Assembly: GCA_012964275.1 (NCBI GenBank) | Contig: DTUG01000039.1 | Coordinates: 3,779 to 56,452, forward strand | From: Fidelibacterota bacterium | GTDB taxonomy: Bacteria > Fidelibacterota > Marinisomatia > Marinisomatales > UBA1611 | Direction of reading: 5' to 3' | DNA: 52,674 nt | Part shown: positions 1-8,219 of the stretch, in pieces | How the letters are laid out: each line of letters begins with the position of its first letter | Numbering within the stretch: the stretch's first letter is position 1 | Notes under the pieces: generated by a model | Seen by the model: only the letters and a program-made list of their open reading frames with translations | Told to the model about the DNA's origin: nothing | Databases searched by the model: none | Made by a program: the position numbers and the translations under genes

Positions 1-2
1 TT

Positions 3-230
3 CATGTTGGTGGTGAAGGAGGATTAATCTATGCAATAGGCTGGCAGGAGGATTACGCAGGAGGCCTGGGTGTGGTTGCTGGAGGGAATATGGACTATTG
101 GTTTACTGATCTTCCCCTTGCTTTGCGCTTTTTTGGCAATGGTTATATGATTCGACAGCCTAACGATAATTATACTGGTTTTGGGAATATTGGCGCAGCA
201 TTAATCGTTGTATTAAAACGGGGCGAATGA
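3..230 (+). CDS. C-terminal fragment of an uncharacterised Gly/aromatic-rich envelope protein (gene starts upstream of the window)
   Basis: Frame +3 is open from the window edge to TGA 228-230: HVGGEGGLIYAIGWQEDYAGGLGVVAGGNMDYWFTDLPLALRFFGNGYMIRQPNDNYTGFGNIGAALIVVLKRGE. It is missing from the ORF track only because it has no start. The tail resembles the C-terminus of the 5405 ORF. Confidence 0.45.
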   Translation, partial: HVGGEGGLIYAIGWQEDYAGGLGVVAGGNMDYWFTDLPLALRFFGNGYMIRQPNDNYTGFGNIGAALIVVLKRGE

Positions 231-278
231 TCATTATTAATTGATCCTTATAATTCTCTTTTTTTCATACGGATAAGT

Positions 279-1181
279 ATGAAGCGAATCTTTCCTTATG
301 TTTGCTGCATTCTCTTCGCCCAGGATGTCTATGAGGGACCCATTATGTTTTCCTACTCCGGCAGTGAAGGTGGAGATTTTAATACGGTGGTAGATGATTC
401 GACCAACCTGGGAGGTGCCTTAAACTTTTTTGGAGATGACTCATCCTCTTTCATAATGATGGGTGTATCTCCGCAGACTGAAAATGATTTTGATCTCTTT
501 GTGGCTGTGTTACAGGATACCAGTTTCCCTGTAGAAGAACGGACATGGGATATTCCTGGTATCGTTGACCCGCAAAACCCTTTAAGCGCTGAAGCGCTAC
601 TCATTTTCCTACCTGGGCTGGATTCAACATTCGTTACTCTATGGCTGGATTTCTTTACAGATACAACTAACATCAACGATTCGTTGGGTTTTGATTCATT
701 AACAACGGTTTTTTTTACCGAATTATTGGATGATATGTACCTTGGCATCGATGGTGACCTAGAAATCAGTGAAGTAACAGATTCTACTGTTTCGGGAAAT
801 TTTAATTGCAGTTTGTGGAAACCGCTTTTTTCATTTATCGATATAGATAGTGCTGAATTTCACTTTAGCAGAGTTGCTCTGCCAGCCCTTGCTGTTGCTG
901 AGAAGGATCCAGTACCAAAATTTTTACACTTGAGTAGAGTGTATCCAAATCCATTTAACCCCAAAACAACCATTTCATATAGTGTAAATATGAAGCAGGA
1001 CCTGGAAATCTCTGTTTTCAATTTAAATGGAGGAAAAATCAGAACCTTGACCAATACTTACCATCAGCCCGGGAATTATTCCATACAATTCAGCAGACAA
1101 AATCTTCCCAGCGGAATCTATATTATCAGATTGCAAAGCCGCACGGAGGTTCACACCCAAAAAATCACCATCATAAAATAA
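279..1181 (+). CDS. secreted protein with a T9SS-type (Por/FlgD-Ig-like) C-terminal sorting domain; N-terminal domain unknown
   Basis: The last ~80 aa (LSRVYPNPFNPKTTISYSV...SGIYIIRLQSRTEVHTQKITIIK) fit the YPNPFNP...GxY...L-type T9SS C-terminal domain. Hydrophobic N-terminus. The D/T/F-rich body has no motif I recognise. Confidence 0.7.
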   Translation: MKRIFPYVCCILFAQDVYEGPIMFSYSGSEGGDFNTVVDDSTNLGGALNFFGDDSSSFIMMGVSPQTENDFDLFVAVLQDTSFPVEERTWDIPGIVDPQNPLSAEALLIFLPGLDSTFVTLWLDFFTDTTNINDSLGFDSLTTVFFTELLDDMYLGIDGDLEISEVTDSTVSGNFNCSLWKPLFSFIDIDSAEFHFSRVALPALAVAEKDPVPKFLHLSRVYPNPFNPKTTISYSVNMKQDLEISVFNLNGGKIRTLTNTYHQPGNYSIQFSRQNLPSGIYIIRLQSRTEVHTQKITIIK

Positions 1182-1187
1182 AACCCC

Positions 1188-1517
1188 ATGCCAGCTGACA
1201 ATAAAAAAAACATATTAATTCATCATGAAACTGTAAATGATCTGTTGCTTTTGAAATGGGAAGATGGTTTTGAAGCAGTTCTGGAACTTAAAACCCTTCG
1301 GGAACATTGCCCTTGTGCTCACTGCGCTGGTGAAAAAGACGTATTCGGCAATATCTACAAAGGGGCGCCAGAACCAAAAACAGAAAGTAGTAATGCATTA
1401 TCGGGCATTCAACCAATTGGTTATTATGCCCTGAGGCCGTTTTGGATGGATGGCCATAATACCGGTATATATTCTTTTGAATTATTACGATCACTATGTG
1501 AAGAAAAACAGGATTAA
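1188..1517 (+). CDS. DUF971 family protein
   Basis: LREHCPCAHCAGE ... IQPIGYYALRPFWMDGHNTGIYSFELLRSLC matches the DUF971 pattern (LR..CpCa.C ... G.YAl.i.W.DGH.tGiY). Starts 6 nt after the preceding stop. Confidence 0.75.
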   Translation: MPADNKKNILIHHETVNDLLLLKWEDGFEAVLELKTLREHCPCAHCAGEKDVFGNIYKGAPEPKTESSNALSGIQPIGYYALRPFWMDGHNTGIYSFELLRSLCEEKQD

Positions 1518-1557
1518 AAACTCTAAATACATTTTAACTTTAATCTAATTTCTCAAT

Positions 1558-2574
1558 ATGAATTCACTCTTTGGCCAAAAATCATTATTCTACGCAAGAT
1601 GGATCCTGGTATCTGTACTGTATTTTTTATTTTCATGTACCAATAGAATTCCAGAAGAAGTTGACCCTATTAACATTCCACTGTCCGGTCCAATAACGGA
1701 TAGAAACGAGGAAATATCCGGGATGGATTGGTATGGTGATAACCTGATTCTGCTTCCGGAGAATTTGAATGGCTACCTATTTGTCATACCAAAATCCGAA
1801 CTGGATGCAAGAATTCATAATCAAGACACATCGGCTATCCTTCCTAAAAAAGTTGAATTTCTGACTCCGGATTATGGGAAAACTCTTCCCGGATTTGATT
1901 CTTTCGAAGCGATTGCTTTTCGAGGTGATGAAGTATATGTAACCATCGAAATCAGGTACCCAGATAGCATGGCAGCTGTACTCGCTAGAGGGCATATTGA
2001 TGAAAATACAATGGAAGTTACTATCCCAGAACAAAACCTGATTGAACTCGCTGTTCCTTCATTTGTAGACAATATGTCCTACGAGTCACTTGTGATTGAT
2101 CAAAACACCATCTATGCTTTCTTTGAAGCAAATGGCGACAGCCTTGTAAATGATCCTTATGCCCTCGCGAGTTCGCTTCCCGGAGACAAACTCGAGAAAA
2201 TTCCAATTTTTCCCCTGGAATACCGGATAGCAGACGCAACTCAGCTAGATAGCAGGAAGTGTTTTTGGATCATAAATTATTTCTATCCCGGTGACAGAGA
2301 AACTATCAGACCAGCGCAAGATTTATTGGCAAAAAAATATGGAGAGGGCCCAACCCACAGCAAATCCGACCGGGTTGAACGACTGGTTGAATTTAAATTT
2401 ACAGGTAAAAAATTTATTTTAACCAGAACAGCACCATTGGAGCTTAAACTGGAAGGTGAAAAGATTTCACGAAAATGGGAGGCTTTAGCCCGTTATGATA
2501 ATGAAGGATTCCTGATTGCTACAGATAAATACCCAACCACGATACTTGCTTTCATACCATTCGGTTCCCGTTGA
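1558..2574 (+). CDS. hypothetical lipoprotein
   Basis: Signal peptide with a lipobox-like LFSC (WILVSVLYFLFSCTN). No catalytic motif recognised. Its stop overlaps the TTG start of the next gene (TTGA). Confidence 0.5.
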   Translation: MNSLFGQKSLFYARWILVSVLYFLFSCTNRIPEEVDPINIPLSGPITDRNEEISGMDWYGDNLILLPENLNGYLFVIPKSELDARIHNQDTSAILPKKVEFLTPDYGKTLPGFDSFEAIAFRGDEVYVTIEIRYPDSMAAVLARGHIDENTMEVTIPEQNLIELAVPSFVDNMSYESLVIDQNTIYAFFEANGDSLVNDPYALASSLPGDKLEKIPIFPLEYRIADATQLDSRKCFWIINYFYPGDRETIRPAQDLLAKKYGEGPTHSKSDRVERLVEFKFTGKKFILTRTAPLELKLEGEKISRKWEALARYDNEGFLIATDKYPTTILAFIPFGSR

Positions 2575-3806
2575 AATCAATACACAATAACCTGTTGTTT
2601 TTAACTGTACTTCTTACTTTTTTATTAGCCAGTGAGCAAAAAAATGATCAGTATGTACTGTTAATCTCTTTTGACGGATTCCGAGCTGACTATTTAGACT
2701 GGTATGATACACCTAACTTTGACAGGTTTTCAAAAAATGGAGTTCGTGCTTCTGGCATGAAACCTTCTTTTGTTACTAAGACATTTCCGAATCATTACAG
2801 CATTGCCACGGGGATGTATGTTGAAAACCATGGTCTAATCGGGAATAAATTTTATGATCAGCAACTGGATGATTACTATACCCTACGGGAAAGGGATAAG
2901 GTGGAAGATGCTAGATTTTATGATGGAGAACCAATCTGGGTTACAGCGGAAAAACAGGGTGTAAAAGCAGCATCATTTTTTTGGGTTGGTTCCGAAGCAC
3001 CTATTGGCAGTGTTTATCCCAGCAGATGGAAGCGCTATGATCATGGATTCCCTTTCATTGGACGGATAGATTCGATTGTACAATGGTTTGCCCTGCCGAT
3101 ACTTGAAAGGCCAAGACTGTGCCTACTCTATTTTCATCAACCTGATGCCACAGGTCATGATTTTGGCCCCAGAAGCCCCGAGACTGAAGCAATGGTAATA
3201 AAAATGGATTCCTTATTTGGTGTTCTTATTGAAAAAACGAGCGAGTTGGAAATTTATCCACAATTAAATATTATCGCTGTGTCCGATCACGGTATGGCAG
3301 AGATCAGTTCGGATAGAACGGTCAATCTTTCAAAGCATACGAATATGGGAGCCATCATTCATGAAGGAACCGACCCTTACGCCATGCTGTACAGTGAAAA
3401 TAAAGCAGAGGTTGAAAAAGCAGTCATCGCTTTGAAAAAAGTGCCCCATATTTCCGTTTACCTGAAAAATGAGATCCCGGACCGGTTTCATTTTAAAAAT
3501 CATTATCGCATCAAGGATGCATTGGTATTAGCTGACGAGGGCTGGTATATCAACAACCAGGCCATCAGCACTTCTTCCACAGCGGGTGCATATGTACACA
3601 CGGGAGGAACCCATGGTTATGATAATGATCTAAAAAGCATGCATGCCATTTTCCTTGCTCAAGGGCCTGCTTTCAAGATCAACTACAGTTCCTCTGTTAT
3701 AAATAATATCGATATTTATCCATTGATTGCCCACATTTTGAAATTGGAGCCATTTTCCGGGATTGATGGAAAGCTGGAAAACGTTCAGGGATTATTGAAA
3801 CAGTAA
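2571..3806 (+). CDS. nucleotide pyrophosphatase/phosphodiesterase (NPP, alkaline-phosphatase superfamily)
   Basis: LLISFDGFRADYL and TKTFPNHYSIATGMYVENHG (Thr nucleophile motif), plus later DHGM and GTHGYDN metal-ligand motifs typical of NPP/autotaxin-like enzymes. Signal peptide present. Confidence 0.85.
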   Translation: MKSIHNNLLFLTVLLTFLLASEQKNDQYVLLISFDGFRADYLDWYDTPNFDRFSKNGVRASGMKPSFVTKTFPNHYSIATGMYVENHGLIGNKFYDQQLDDYYTLRERDKVEDARFYDGEPIWVTAEKQGVKAASFFWVGSEAPIGSVYPSRWKRYDHGFPFIGRIDSIVQWFALPILERPRLCLLYFHQPDATGHDFGPRSPETEAMVIKMDSLFGVLIEKTSELEIYPQLNIIAVSDHGMAEISSDRTVNLSKHTNMGAIIHEGTDPYAMLYSENKAEVEKAVIALKKVPHISVYLKNEIPDRFHFKNHYRIKDALVLADEGWYINNQAISTSSTAGAYVHTGGTHGYDNDLKSMHAIFLAQGPAFKINYSSSVINNIDIYPLIAHILKLEPFSGIDGKLENVQGLLKQ

Positions 3807-3808
3807 AA

Positions 3809-4558
3809 TTATTTATTCGACTTTGCTTGGTCTGCCACTGCCTGCATTGCCGCTTTAATCTTTTCCTTGTCTCCCAGATAATACTTCCGAATCGGTCCTA
3901 GCTCATCATCCAATTCATATACCAGCGGAGTTCCAGTTGGAATATTGAGGGTTACAATTTCTTCATCAGATACATTATCCAAGTATTTTACCAATGCCCG
4001 TAACGAATTGCCATGGGCACAAATCAACACTTTTTTTTCTTTTTGAAGAACCGGAACAATGGATCCATGCCAATAAGGTAGAAAACGTTCCACTGTATCC
4101 TTCAAGCATTCACTGACGGGAAGGTCCTCGGTATCCAAATCAGCATACCGGCTATCAAACTGCGGGTGTCGTTTGTCTTCCAAGTTTAAAGTCGGTGGAG
4201 GAATATCATAACTGCGACGCCAGATATGTACCTGTTCTTCACCAAACTTCTCTGCTGTTTCTGCTTTATTCAGCCCTTGAAGAGCACCGTAATGCCGCTC
4301 ATTTAAACGCCAGTTTCGATACACTGGAATCCACATGAGATCCATCTCATCCAGTGCCAGCCATAGTGTGCGGATAGCTCGAGTCTGTACCGATGTATAG
4401 GCCAGATCAAAGGTATATCCATCTTCGTTCAGGATTCGGCCTGCTGATTGCGCTTCTTCAATGCCTTTAGGAGTCAAATCCACATCGGTCCAGCCAGTGA
4501 AGCGGTTCTCCAGATTCCACTGGCTCTCGCCATGGCGCAATAAAACCAGTTTTATCAT
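3809..4558 (-). CDS. gpmA: 2,3-bisphosphoglycerate-dependent phosphoglycerate mutase
   Basis: [25 protein letters not shown] (RHGE histidine-phosphatase motif), 249 aa, full-length dPGM-like. Confidence 0.95.
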   Translation of the reverse strand: MIKLVLLRHGESQWNLENRFTGWTDVDLTPKGIEEAQSAGRILNEDGYTFDLAYTSVQTRAIRTLWLALDEMDLMWIPVYRNWRLNERHYGALQGLNKAETAEKFGEEQVHIWRRSYDIPPPTLNLEDKRHPQFDSRYADLDTEDLPVSECLKDTVERFLPYWHGSIVPVLQKEKKVLICAHGNSLRALVKYLDNVSDEEIVTLNIPTGTPLVYELDDELGPIRKYYLGDKEKIKAAMQAVADQAKSNK

Positions 4559-4642
4559 ATATAATCTTTTATTGACATTGTGCTCGTTTAAAATTCCTCA
4601 GTCTATTTTATTTGCGAAAGAATTATTTTGTAGATTGTTTCC

Positions 4643-5338
4643 ATGTGTGGTCGAAAAACATTGACCCGTGATATGCAGTCTATTATTCAGGAACTGGCTA
4701 TTGATGAATGGATCGACCCTGACAGTTATACTGCCAGTTATAATATCGCACCCACGCAACGATCGCCTATCCTGTTCTTTGAAAACTCTCAGAGGATAGT
4801 AAAATCGATGCAATGGGGTCTTATCCCAAGCTGGTCTAAAGACAAAACGGTCAGTTCTAAAATGATCAACGCCAGATCAGAAACATTAACTGAAAAACCA
4901 TCTTTTCAAAACCTGCTGGCAAAGAATCGTTGTATTGTAATCACCGACGGGTATTATGAATGGAAATCCAGCAGGAATAAAAAGCAGCCTTATTATTTTC
5001 ATCATCCCCAAAAACGCCTGCTCCTTTTGGCCGGACTCTGGTCATCCTGGACGTCATCAGATGGAAACAAAATCTTGACCTACACCATCATTACCACGCA
5101 TCCTAGGAAAGATTTTTCTCACATACATAACCGCATGCCAGTAATTCTGGATCCAACTTCAATGGCAACCTGGATAGATGTGGAATCGTATTCGTTTAAC
5201 GATACAGTGGATATGTTGGGCCCCTGTCCGTATCCCTTAGTCGTCTACCCAGTCAGCCAAGAAGTTAACAGCCCTCGAAACAACTCACCGGATTGCATTA
5301 TAAATATCAGTGATACATCAACTTTAGATTTGTTCTGA
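4643..5338 (+). CDS. yedK: SOS response-associated peptidase (SRAP/YedK family, abasic-site sensor)
   Basis: Starts MCGR (catalytic Cys2). YNIAPTQ, MINARSET and GYYEW motifs are typical of SRAP. Confidence 0.9.
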   Translation: MCGRKTLTRDMQSIIQELAIDEWIDPDSYTASYNIAPTQRSPILFFENSQRIVKSMQWGLIPSWSKDKTVSSKMINARSETLTEKPSFQNLLAKNRCIVITDGYYEWKSSRNKKQPYYFHHPQKRLLLLAGLWSSWTSSDGNKILTYTIITTHPRKDFSHIHNRMPVILDPTSMATWIDVESYSFNDTVDMLGPCPYPLVVYPVSQEVNSPRNNSPDCIINISDTSTLDLF

Positions 5339-5404
5339 ACAAAAAAGATATTGCAATGCTAATTAAATTTCAAGCAATCTGATAAATAGAAACGAGATAG
5401 TATT

Positions 5405-6964
5405 TTAGTCGGATCTTATTGATCCAAATAATTTACCTAAATCAAGCCCTAAGCCTATCCCAACTGAAGCCCAACCAGTGAATATCTCATCTTTTGGGAC
5501 ACCATAACCTCGGCCATAAAAAGAAAAAACAACCGGCAGAGACTCAAAATGATAATCCAAATTACCGCCTACCGCAATACCAAATCCAGTGTGGTAGGAG
5601 CCAACAGTTAATGTAATAGCTTTACTTAATCTATTTCCGCCCAAAGGCACCAGTTTATCAAGATTCAGGTGCGCGCCCAGTAGATACGCTGTTCCTTGAA
5701 ATGTGATTGTGTCAATGGCAGATGATTGGAAAAAATAATTGAAAACCTCTATGACCATGTTTGTTTGAACTGGGCCGATGTTCATCTGAAAGGGCGTTAG
5801 AATAGATATGCCTATCGATGCTTTAGTTGTATCGAAATCTTCTTTCAACAAAGTATCTACGGAGACAGGATAGCTCCATTGAACAAGGATGCTGGATTCA
5901 GTGGCTATTTTCTTGGCTACTGCCACAGTGACCGCGCCCTCATCTACAACATCCTCATAAGGTTTCAATAGATCGGGGTTCATATCTCCAAAGTTCGCCC
6001 CCAAAGCCAACCCAAGGCTACCCCAGCCGGTAGTTGTATTCTCACCGAACTCGTTAAATGCCGCAAATGATTGAGCATAGACACCCATGTATAGCCGGCT
6101 GGGCAATAAATGATAGCCAATCGACGTACTAAGTGATAATCCATACCCATCAGATAGCATACCAGCGCCAACCCGGAAAGCTGCTTCAAGATTTTCAGGT
6201 ACCCAGTCATATTTTATATCAAGATTATACTGCATTGCAGCCAAGGCACCGATCCCCTCGATAAAAGCATTTGTATCAGCCAGGGCCATTTTATAGGAAA
6301 CTAATTCCATCCCCAAACTTAAATTCATTCCTCTAATGGTCATGTTGCCCCGCGGAGCAAAAAATATTCCAAAGATTGGATAGGGAATAGAGTCACTTAT
6401 GGATGATTCTAACAATAGTGGAAATCCGTACCAGCCTACACCTAACACAGGGCTGATATATGTAATTGTGTCTTCCTCAATTTCAATATCTTCCACGATC
6501 ATTATAGTATCAGGTTTCCATTCAAAACGGTAGGCATTTTCGTCTGGGTAAGAAAGTTGCATAATACGACTCTCAATTTCTCGGCCAGTCCCATCAAAAA
6601 TTGTTTTAATTGTTTCTTCCTGATCGAGATAAGTATCAAATCGAACTGTTTGAATCAGCTGGTCTTGGGAATCTTTATAATGAATTTCTCTTAACCATTC
6701 TCCATTTTCCATGAACAGAAGATGGCGACCCACTAGACTGCTGTTGGACCGAAAATAGGATGAGCGAATGGTCTCCATAGATAATTCTGAATCGATCCGC
6801 TGGTGATAGTAAAACCGGTAGAAATAATACAGAATACCTTTATCATCAAAAATATCTACTCTGGATGGACGGCCATCATTGGTGCTTTTTACTTTTGCCA
6901 TCCACCCGGATTTCACCTCACTCAATTTATGGGAAAATAATAAACTGTCAATTCTGGTGATCAT
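5405..6964 (-). CDS. uncharacterised envelope protein (canonical-start model; the frame stays open upstream to 7321)
   Basis: 519-aa ORF from the track. The C-terminal half is Gly/aromatic-rich and beta-strand-like. The ATG model has no signal peptide, but 119 in-frame upstream codons encode one (see finding). Last gene of the dnaG chain. Confidence 0.6.
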   Translation of the reverse strand: MITRIDSLLFSHKLSEVKSGWMAKVKSTNDGRPSRVDIFDDKGILYYFYRFYYHQRIDSELSMETIRSSYFRSNSSLVGRHLLFMENGEWLREIHYKDSQDQLIQTVRFDTYLDQEETIKTIFDGTGREIESRIMQLSYPDENAYRFEWKPDTIMIVEDIEIEEDTITYISPVLGVGWYGFPLLLESSISDSIPYPIFGIFFAPRGNMTIRGMNLSLGMELVSYKMALADTNAFIEGIGALAAMQYNLDIKYDWVPENLEAAFRVGAGMLSDGYGLSLSTSIGYHLLPSRLYMGVYAQSFAAFNEFGENTTTGWGSLGLALGANFGDMNPDLLKPYEDVVDEGAVTVAVAKKIATESSILVQWSYPVSVDTLLKEDFDTTKASIGISILTPFQMNIGPVQTNMVIEVFNYFFQSSAIDTITFQGTAYLLGAHLNLDKLVPLGGNRLSKAITLTVGSYHTGFGIAVGGNLDYHFESLPVVFSFYGRGYGVPKDEIFTGWASVGIGLGLDLGKLFGSIRSD

Positions 6965-7305
6965 ACCATTCTTGTGAAACTGGATGCTATATTCGGATCG
7001 GGTACCGGAACGATTCCAAAGCAGATGCCAAGAGTCTACGGGCTTACCGTCTTTATCGTACTGGGTAACAGTTTTAATACGGCCATTCCGGTCCCACTGA
7101 GTTTCATAAAAGGGCTGTGCAATATAAAAGTCCCTTGAGTGCTCGCCTTCGAGCAGACGACGATATGGATTCCAATAGCTATAATATTTTACTGGCTTAA
7201 GTCGTCTCTCATTCTGCTGCTGTGCTACGTTATCAGAAGAAGAAAATAAGAAACTGGCACATAGCCCTAGAAAAATAAAACGCAGCCTGAAGGTCTGGCG
7301 ACCGC

Positions 7306-8217
7306 CTATGCGACCCCCCAGCTAATCAACATGATTAGCAGAAAAAAAAGGCTAAATCCAATCCAACTTCCAGCATTTATACTACGCTGGTATGCCAGCA
7401 CCTCCTCATCCAGGCTTTGGTAGTTTAAAACAATTTCCTGCTCCTGTCCCTCATCAACGAACACATCTAATAATCCCATACGCAGAATATTGTCCATCAT
7501 TTTATCCTGAGGAGTTCGTGGAGCAGGCGTAAGTGCCGGGTCCGTGGGGAAATAGCCCACCTGATGCCAGCCAGGAAGAACATCTATCGCATATTCCAAG
7601 GGTGTTTTGCCCACCAGTTGATTGTCTACATAAATGGGAAGCCCTTCAGTATCGCAGAGAATTCGGATACTTGATCGTTCCCTGGCTTCTTTCCAAGATG
7701 ATGGATGCCGCCAGCGATCTTTCATCACATCAAAAGTGTCAGGTAATTCCTCAACAATGAACGACTGCACCAACTCGCCTTCATCCTGCGTTTCATCAGT
7801 CTCATCTGTAACATAATCAAGAATGACTATCAGGTTTTTTCCTTTCGCATGACGGATAAGTTGATATGAATCCAGGTCGCGTGCAGTGTGAAAAATAATC
7901 TGCACAGACCCATCCGTGTCAGCGGTTTCAAGAGAAAGAAGAGGATAATTATATTCTTTCTCAAATATATCAGGTGAGGGCAGGGATATATTGAAAAGAC
8001 TCAGGGTAAACCATTTTTGCCCGTCAATCCATCCAGAAATATCATCCCGGTCAATGGGTTGATCAAACATCATGGTGACCTCTACACCAGTGGGTTCTGA
8101 TACTATATCAGCATGAATGATTTCTGTTCGCGGCTGCCCTTTTGTAAAAGATAAAAAAATAAAAAAGATTGATGTTAACCAAAACCTCTGCCGAATCATC
8201 AGGGCGGTATGAGGCAT
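7306..8217 (-). CDS. PEGA-domain protein with N-terminal signal peptide and C-terminal TM anchor
   Basis: IRILCDTEGLPIYVDNQLVGKTPLEYAIDVLPGWHQVGY fits the PEGA consensus (v.vDg...G.TP..l.l.pG.h.v). C-terminal helix GSWIGFSLFFLLIMLISWGVA. The N-terminal domain is paralogous to that of the 8220 gene. Confidence 0.7.
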   Translation of the reverse strand: MPHTALMIRQRFWLTSIFFIFLSFTKGQPRTEIIHADIVSEPTGVEVTMMFDQPIDRDDISGWIDGQKWFTLSLFNISLPSPDIFEKEYNYPLLSLETADTDGSVQIIFHTARDLDSYQLIRHAKGKNLIVILDYVTDETDETQDEGELVQSFIVEELPDTFDVMKDRWRHPSSWKEARERSSIRILCDTEGLPIYVDNQLVGKTPLEYAIDVLPGWHQVGYFPTDPALTPAPRTPQDKMMDNILRMGLLDVFVDEGQEQEIVLNYQSLDEEVLAYQRSINAGSWIGFSLFFLLIMLISWGVA

Positions 8218-8219
8218 AG

